A stretch of 25,147 nt of DNA from Planctomycetota bacterium (GTDB lineage Bacteria > Planctomycetota > GCA-002687715 > DRQF01): assembly GCA_036479435.1 (NCBI GenBank), contig JAZGFI010000066.1, forward strand, positions 1 to 25,147, written 5' to 3'. A program made the position numbers and the translations under genes. This document shows positions 16,071 to 22,800 of the stretch, one piece after another. The notes beneath the pieces are model-generated. The model made no database searches and was not told the origin of the DNA. It saw only the letters and a list, made by a program, of their open reading frames with translations. How positions within the stretch are numbered: the stretch's first letter is position 1; the number at the start of each line of letters is the position of its first letter.

Positions 16071-16120
16071 ACTCCTCGGCTTCAAAGCAAGCCCTCATCA
16101 TCTGTTAAGAACTCCTATCG

Positions 16121-16136
16121 CAAAGACCTGTCTTTG
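16121..16136. promoter_or_regulatory. 7-2-7 palindrome CAAAGAC-CT-GTCTTTG (operator or weak terminator)
   Basis: Perfect arms, followed by a T-rich tract (ATTGTTTGTTT), ending 23 nt before the next start codon. Confidence 0.35.
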
Positions 16137-16159
16137 ATTGTTTGTTTGGAGTGCCAGTC

Positions 16160-16858
16160 ATGACGCGCCTTTTCCCTTTGATCTTGATCGCTGCGGTCTT
16201 TGTAAGTCTTGGTGTCGCGGCAGAGGCTCAAACCACTAAGAAATCTGCCGCGAAAGCCGCCTCGCCTTTCTACGGCAACACGATTTGCCCCGTTTGCAAC
16301 AACCCCATCGACAAGAAGCTCTTCGCTAAGAAAAACGGGGAGCGGATCTACGTCTGTCAAAAGGCGGCGATCGCTAAGACGCAAGAAAACTGGGATGAGT
16401 ACTACGCCAAAGCCTATCCGGCGGCGAAAGTCATCGACGCCAAGAACATCAAGTGCCCGATGATGCCGCGGAAGGCCGCCAAGAAGCGTTACACCGTCAC
16501 CTTTCAGGGTCACAAGCTCGGTGTTTGTTGCAAAAAGTGCAAACGCAAGTTCAAAAAACAGCCGCGCAAGTGGTTGACTCTCGCCTTGAATAGCGAGTTG
16601 GTGAACGTGAAGAACCCGAAGTGCCTGGTCATGAAGGACAAGCGGGTGAAGGCCGACAGTTTTGTCGTGTTCCGCGGTCAGCTCATCGGCACCTGCTGCG
16701 ATGATTGTTTAGACACCATCAACAAAAACCCTGCGAAGTTCGCCACGTCTTTGAAGGACCATCAGTCCGCGGGCAAAAGGAAGGACCTTCCCAAGCCCGG
16801 AAAGCCCTCCAAAGGCGAACCAACGACCGCCCCAACCTCAAAAAAGACCGGGGCCTAA
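16160..16858 (+). CDS. Exported Lys/Cys-rich protein with three YHS/TRASH-like metal-binding repeats
   Basis: ATG16160 with GGAG RBS; signal peptide ending AAEA-Q; repeats NTICPVC...GERIYVCQKAA, NIKCPMM...GHKLGVCCKKC..KFKKQP, NPKCLVM...GQLIGTCCDDC...INKNP. Confidence 0.78.
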   Translation: MTRLFPLILIAAVFVSLGVAAEAQTTKKSAAKAASPFYGNTICPVCNNPIDKKLFAKKNGERIYVCQKAAIAKTQENWDEYYAKAYPAAKVIDAKNIKCPMMPRKAAKKRYTVTFQGHKLGVCCKKCKRKFKKQPRKWLTLALNSELVNVKNPKCLVMKDKRVKADSFVVFRGQLIGTCCDDCLDTINKNPAKFATSLKDHQSAGKRKDLPKPGKPSKGEPTTAPTSKKTGA

Positions 16859-16897
16859 GCCTTCGATAGTTGACTTCGTCGTCGGCGGGAGCGTGTC

Positions 16898-17911
16898 TTG
16901 AACGCGAAGAAGTGGTTATTGACGGGCCTCCCCTTGCTCGCTGCCCTCGGGCTGATGTGGACGTTGAAAACCACTGGCGGTTTCGGGTCGCGTTCAGCCC
17001 TCAAGATTGAAACCGAAACCCACGACGGCCGAGTCGATATCGAAGACTCCGACGGTTTTCGCCTGACCTTTCACGAGCCACCGTCGCGAGTGTTGCCCTG
17101 CAACGCGAGTATCGTTGACTTGTTGTTGCTGCTGATTGACCCCGAAAAAATCGTCGCCCTGCCCGAACAAGCGGACACCTGGTCGCTCGTCGCTGAGGCG
17201 CCGGAACTCTTTGCCAAACATCCGCGCCTAAGTCGATACCTCGCCGAGCCCGTCATCGTGCATCGCCCCGACCTCGTGATCGTGTCGCAGTTCAATACTC
17301 CCGACACCAATGCACGTCTACGTGACATGGACATTCCCTTGCTGCGCTTGCCGATCCGCAACACTTTCGAGGATGTCATCGAAACCCTGCACACGCTCTC
17401 GAGTATTTTTCGGGCGGAGGATCGCCTCGTTCGAGCGCTGGCTAAACTTGAGGCGAGGCGTGCGGCGCTTGCCAAGCGAGTTGCCGGCGACGTCGCGGCA
17501 AGGGTGCTGTTTTACTCCAACTACGGAACGGGCGGCTGGACCTACGGCGACAACTCGACCGTTAACACTTTCATTGAAATGGCGGGGCTGAAGAATGCCG
17601 CGGGCGGCGAGGGTGGATCTGGAGCGCGGCGGATTTCCTACGAAGAAGTCCTCACCCTCGACCCCGACCTCATTATCGTTAGCAGCGCGGAAAACGGTGC
17701 GAAGGGCGCGACGCGTCGGCTACTTGAAACGAGCAGCTCCTTGAAAGGGTTGCGTGCATTGAAGAATGGCGCGCTTATCGAATTGTCGCCGCGACTGGCG
17801 CAGGCCAGTTCACAAGAAATGCTCTCTGCCGCAGAGGTCCTGGCGAAGGCCTGGTCTGATTTTCGAGGGCCGCCTCAGTCTAAGCCCTCACGACAGGGCT
17901 CGGGTCGGTGA
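16898..17911 (+). CDS. ABC transporter substrate-binding protein, iron-chelate/cobalamin (BtuF/FecB/HmuT) class
   Basis: TTG start with GGGAG RBS, N-terminal TM/signal, IEDSDG..LTFHEPPSRVL, AEPVIVHRPDLVIV, IEMAGLKNA, ISYEEVLTLDPDLIIV, ALKNG. Confidence 0.88.
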   Translation: MNAKKWLLTGLPLLAALGLMWTLKTTGGFGSRSALKIETETHDGRVDIEDSDGFRLTFHEPPSRVLPCNASIVDLLLLLIDPEKIVALPEQADTWSLVAEAPELFAKHPRLSRYLAEPVIVHRPDLVIVSQFNTPDTNARLRDMDIPLLRLPIRNTFEDVIETLHTLSSIFRAEDRLVRALAKLEARRAALAKRVAGDVAARVLFYSNYGTGGWTYGDNSTVNTFIEMAGLKNAAGGEGGSGARRISYEEVLTLDPDLIIVSSAENGAKGATRRLLETSSSLKGLRALKNGALIELSPRLAQASSQEMLSAAEVLAKAWSDFRGPPQSKPSRQGSGR

Positions 17912-18990
17912 CGCGGTCGAGGCCCCGGGTTCGCCGCGCCGTGTATTGGTTTGCCGGTTGTTTCGCTCTGTTGGTTTTTGTTTTTGGAGCATCGGTTTCT
18001 TTTGGCCGTACCGGGAACATCGACCTCGCCACTGTCTTTCGAGGAATAGGCGCCGTTTTGGGTTTTTCGGATCCACTTTCATCGGTGGATCAAGCGCGCG
18101 TTCAGCTGCGGCTTATTGAGGCCATCGCAACGGCTGGTGTCGGTGCCGCTCTGGCTCTCTCCGGTTCTCTACTTCAGGGCGTCTTTCGAAACGGTTTGGC
18201 GGCTCCCTCAATTATTGGAGTCAGTTCGGGCGCCAGCCTGGGTGCCGCGGTTGCGGTCGTCATTCTCGGTGGCTACTTGCCGTACTTCGCATCGCTCACT
18301 GCGACCAACGACGCTCCTTTTTTCGTCGCCGGTGCTTCGTTTTTGGGTGCCTTGGCCGCGACATCACTGATCGCCTTGATCGCCACCCGGCACGGACGAC
18401 TGTCAGTGCCGACTTTGCTCCTTGCCGGTATCGCGGTGAACGCTTGTTGTGGCGGATGCCTCGCGGCGATCCAAGCCGTTTCTCTGAAGGACTACGAGAT
18501 TGCTCGAGCGATCTTTGCCTGGACTTTTGGCAGTCTCGAAGACAAGTCCTTTGGACAAGCCGTCCTGGTTTGGTGGGCGGTGCTAGCCGCTGCGGCCTGT
18601 ATCCCCTTCGTTGCCGATGAGCTCGACTTATTTGTTGGAGGCGAAGAAGATGCAGCCTCCCTGGGCGTGCGCCCCAATCTAGTCAAGGTCATTGCCGTGA
18701 CCGCGGCAACCCTGGCCGCGGCAACCGCGGTGGCGGTGGCGGGGCAGATCGCTTTCGTCGGCTTGGTCGTTCCCCATGTGCTCCGGCTCATGATCGGGCC
18801 TTCCCACCGTGTGCTGTTGCCGTTTTCGATTGTCGGCGGGGCCTTGTTCTTGCTTGGTGCTCAGCTTCTTCAGGTTTCCCTCCTCGGCGACTCCGCCTTA
18901 AGACCGGGCGTCCTCATGTCTCTCATCGGCGGACCGTTTTTCATTATCTTGCTGCTCACTCGTACGAAGGATCTAAGAGCGTGGGAGTAG
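17908..18990 (+). CDS. FecCD/BtuC-family ABC transporter permease
   Basis: GAALALSGSLLQGVFRNGLAAPSIIGVSSGA, LLLAGIA, WTFGSL, GEEDAASLGV, GQIAFVGLVVPH, IGGPFF; GTGA overlap with the upstream gene. Confidence 0.93.
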   Translation: MTRSRPRVRRAVYWFAGCFALLVFVFGASVSFGRTGNIDLATVFRGIGAVLGFSDPLSSVDQARVQLRLIEAIATAGVGAALALSGSLLQGVFRNGLAAPSIIGVSSGASLGAAVAVVILGGYLPYFASLTATNDAPFFVAGASFLGALAATSLIALIATRHGRLSVPTLLLAGIAVNACCGGCLAAIQAVSLKDYEIARAIFAWTFGSLEDKSFGQAVLVWWAVLAAAACIPFVADELDLFVGGEEDAASLGVRPNLVKVIAVTAATLAAATAVAVAGQIAFVGLVVPHVLRLMIGPSHRVLLPFSIVGGALFLLGAQLLQVSLLGDSALRPGVLMSLIGGPFFIILLLTRTKDLRAWE

Positions 18991-19787
18991 TTGCCAGTGC
19001 GCGCCATCTTGAGCTCGGGTATCCGGGCGAAGAGTCTGTCTGCTGGGATGTCAACCTTGAGGTCGAATCCGGTTCCATCTTGGCCTTGATCGGACCCAAC
19101 GGCGCGGGCAAGAGCACTTTGTTGCGGGGGATGGCGGGCTTGCTTTCTGCGCGCCGCGGCGAGGTGAAGTTAAACGGAAGAGAGCTGGGGTCTTTGAAGG
19201 TCAAAGAGAGGGCTCGGCAGCTCGCTTTTTTACCGCAAGAGATGAGGTTCCTCGAAGGCACGACAGTCGCGACTTTTGTGGCTGGCGGCCGCTACCCCTA
19301 CCGGCGCTTGTTAAAGGCGGAATCAAGTGAGGACCGGCGAGCTATCGCACTCGCGATGGCAGAGGCTGACGTCGCCGGATTCGCGGAGTGTTTGGTTGAT
19401 GAGCTGTCGGGCGGACAGCGGCAAGGAGTGCTGCTGGCACGAGCCTTGGCTCAGGATGCCGATCTTTTGTTGGTCGACGAGCCGACGAGTTCTTTGGATT
19501 CAAGGCACCAGCTTTTGACTTTCGACCGCATTCGGGCCTTCGCCGACGCTGGCAAGACTGCGATCGTCGTGACCCACGATCTCAACTTGGCGAGTCAGTA
19601 CGCCGACCGCATTGGATTGCTGTCCAAAGGAAGGCTCGTTCAGATCGGAGTTCCGCGCGACATTTTGAAACCCGAGGTCCTGGAGCCGATCTACGGCAGC
19701 GATCTGATTTTTGGCGAAAGCGAAAGCCGCGCCGCCAAGGATCTAAGGCCCTTCGTGTTGCCTTGGCGACGAGGCAACAGCACTTAG
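18981..19787 (+). CDS. Iron-chelate/cobalamin ABC transporter ATP-binding protein (FepC/BtuD/HmuV-like)
   Basis: Walker A GPNGAGKST, signature LSGGQRQ, Walker B LLLVDEPT, H-loop THDLNLA. Confidence 0.93.
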   Translation: MGVVASARHLELGYPGEESVCWDVNLEVESGSILALIGPNGAGKSTLLRGMAGLLSARRGEVKLNGRELGSLKVKERARQLAFLPQEMRFLEGTTVATFVAGGRYPYRRLLKAESSEDRRAIALAMAEADVAGFAECLVDELSGGQRQGVLLARALAQDADLLLVDEPTSSLDSRHQLLTFDRIRAFADAGKTAIVVTHDLNLASQYADRIGLLSKGRLVQIGVPRDILKPEVLEPIYGSDLIFGESESRAAKDLRPFVLPWRRGNST

Positions 19788-19815
19788 ACACTCGCAACTT
19801 GGCTGCAGATGAAAA

Positions 19816-19843
19816 GGTGGTGACTTTGGTCTGACCCAAGTCA
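19816..19843. repeat. Degenerate single copy of the 11496-11595 palindrome arm; imperfect hairpin
   Basis: GGTGGTGACTTTGGTCTGACCCAA (19816-19839) matches 11562-11585 at 18/24 and folds TGACTT-T-GGT-CTG-ACC-C-AAGTCA. Also lies between convergent genes. Confidence 0.45.
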
Positions 19844-19888
19844 ACAGGGTTTGCTGGCCACATTATCCTCGCCCCTGGCGTCGTCGCC

Positions 19889-22800
19889 TTACTTTTTCGC
19901 GTCTTGGTCTTCGTCGACTTTGACACGCTCAGAGAGCCCGACGGCAGACGCCGCGCGGAGTAAGAAAGCCCAGAGCATGCTTTTCAGTCCTTCCTTTTGG
20001 ACGCCCTCGGAGATTTCGAACTGGATGTCGTCGAATTCTCGGTCAGACGCTTCCCACATTTCGTGAGCGTCGTCGTTCACATTGGGGACGGCTTCTTGTC
20101 CCTTACTTTCCTGGGCTAGTTCAAGGTTAAGGTCGCGAATCTTGTCTTCGTCGCCGTCGAGCGATTCGTCCATGATCTGGTCGAGGTCGTAAAGAACCGT
20201 GTAGTCGCCGAACAGGCCAGAGCGTGCCGCGGATGCGGGGGCTGGCAGGGCCTCGACTGAATCCTCGGTTTCGTTTTCGACTGAAACGTCACTTTGCCCG
20301 ATGCTGGCAGGCTCCAGAGTCGGCTCCGAGTTGGGGACGTCCGTCGCTTCTGGGTTGCCTTCGACTTCAACACCAGGATCGCCTTCTTCGTCGTCGGCAG
20401 GTGCTTCCGATGGCCCGTCGACTTCTTGGGTCACCGGCTCATCCGCAGGATCGTCTTCGGTCTCACCCTGTGGATCATCGCTGGGTCCGTCGCCAGGTTG
20501 ATCTTCTGTTTCACCCTGTGGATCGTCACTGGGCTCGTCGGCCGGTTGACCTTCGGGATCTTCGTCGGTATCGGCGGGCGGAGTCTCAGAGGGTTCGCCT
20601 TCGGGCTGAACTTCAGGTTCGTCTTCGGTCTCACCCTGTGGATCATCACTGGGCTCGTCGGCCGGTTGATCCTCAGCTTTAACGGTGATGCTCACTGTGT
20701 CGACTGATCCGTTGGTGCCGTCGCTAACATGGAATTCGAAGACGATGTCAGTGTCCTCAGTGCCATCAGGAGCGGTGAAGCTCGGATTCGATGATGTCGG
20801 ATCGTCGAGGGTGACCGTTGGCCCGCCGGTCTGGACCCATTCGTAGGTCAGGCCTTCGCCCTCAGGATCGGTGCCCGACCCGGCGAGCGAAACGGTGTCG
20901 CCCTCAGTCACGGTCTGCGCGGGCCCAGCTTGTGAGGTAGGCGCGTCGTTGTCGGCTTCGACTTCGATGGTGACGGTGTCGACTGATTCGTTCGTTCCGT
21001 CACTGACGTGCAGTTCGAAAGTGATGTCGGTGTTCGACAGACCCTCGGGCGCGGTGAAGGAAGGTGAAGCAGAGGTCGGATCGTCGAGAGTGACGGTGGG
21101 ACCACCCGTTTGGACCCACTGATAAGTCAGACCCTCGCCTTCAGGGTCGGTTCCCGATCCAGCAAGCGAAACGGAGTCACCCTCGGCTACGGTTTGCGCG
21201 GGTCCGGCTTGTGAGGTTGGCGCGTCATTGTCGGCTTCGACGGTGATGTCAACGGTGTCGATCGATTCGTTCGTTCCGTCACTGACGTGCAGTTCGAAAG
21301 TGATGTCGGTGTTCGACAGACCCTCGGGAGCGGTGAAGGTCGGCGACGCGGAAGTTGGGTCATCGAGGGTGACAGTGGGGCCGCCAGTTTGGACCCACTG
21401 ATAATTAAGACCTTCTCCTTCGGGATCAGTTCCCGACCCGGCGAGGGTGACGGTATCACCTTCCTCAACGGTTTGCGGCTGTCCAGCCTCGGCCGTCGGC
21501 GCATCGTTGTCGGCGTTGACATTCACGGTGACGGTATCGGTTGCGGTGTTCGATCCGTCGGTGACTTGCAGCTCGAAGGTGATTTCTGAGTTCGTAAGGC
21601 CTTCCGGGGCCGTGAAGGTGGGACTGGTCGCGTGAGGATCGTCTAAGACGACGATGGGTCCGCCGGTTTGCACCCAGGTGTAGGTGAGAGCCTCTCCATC
21701 ATCATTGTGCGTCGGTGCCGACTCCGTCCCGTCGGAAATTGTGATGTTGCGGAAAAAGCTCTCCGCATCGCTCGGTCCTGCATCGTGGTCGTTCGCGAAG
21801 AAGAGACTGTCGAAGTCTCCAGTGTAGAACTCGCCGATGGGGATCTCGAAGTGCACCCATTCACCGTCAGCGGTGTAGGGGTCCACCGCATCGCCGATTC
21901 CCCAGGTCTGCGTCCCGCCTATCTTGAAAGTCTGGTCAGGGCTGAGGCTGCTGTCGTTGTCGAATCCGATGCCGTGGATCTCGCCGAGTTCAGTAGCTTT
22001 GAAGTCGAACGAAAGCACGGTGTCTTCGGTGATGGTTGCCGGGAATTCGATCGACTTCCAACCGTTGCCATTGAGATGGAGCGTGGCTCCATTGTCTTCG
22101 ACCGTGGCAACAGCGGAGATGTCTTGGCCGGAGCCAGCGTACGAGTCGATCGAGACGTCGTTGAAATCAACAGACGTTCCGCCCGAGGCGGCAAGGCTGA
22201 CCAAGCCACCTTCCTCAACTTCGATGTCTGTCCCGGCATTCGCAACGGGTATGTTGTTGTTGGCTTCGATTGTGATGTTGATCGTATCGACGGATTCGTT
22301 GGTGCCGTCGCTGACGTGAAGCTCGAAAGTAAGCTCCGAGTCTTCGTCGCCCGATGGTGCGGTGAAGGTGGGGCTGGTTGCATGGGGATCGTCAAGGACG
22401 ACGGTCGGGCCGCCGGTCTGGACCCAGGTGTAGGTGAGTTCCTCTCCTTCAGCATCGTGCGTCGGAGCAGGCTCTGTGCCATCGAAGATCGAGATGTTGC
22501 GAAAGAAACTCTCGGCGTCACTCGGCCCCGCATCGTGGTCGTTTGCGAAGAAGAGGTTGTCAAAATCTCCGGTGTAGAATTCGCCGATCGGAATCTCGAA
22601 GTGCACCCACTCGCCTTCGACGGTGTAAGGGTCTACCGCACCGTCGATGCCCCAGGTCTGCGACCCGCCCAGTTTGAAAGTCTGGTCAGGACTGAGGCTG
22701 CTGTCGTTGTCGAATCCGATGCCGTGGATCTCGCCGAGCTCGGTGGCTTTGAAGTCGAAAGAAAGGACGGTGTCTTCAGTGATGGTTGCCGGGAACTCGA

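Noticed and set aside
15327..16085. 252-aa and 106-aa minus-strand ORFs over dksA and its leader
   Set aside because: Antisense to a well-supported gene; composition not protein-like and no recognisable motif.
16859..16897. Cobalamin riboswitch or Fur box before the ABC importer
   Set aside because: The gap is only 39 nt, and no B12-box or GATAATGATAATCATTATC-like sequence is seen here or at 16071-16159.
20456..20669. Possible CRISPR-like direct repeats
   Set aside because: In-frame coding repeats with offsets of 48 and 120 nt, no unique regular spacers and no cas genes.
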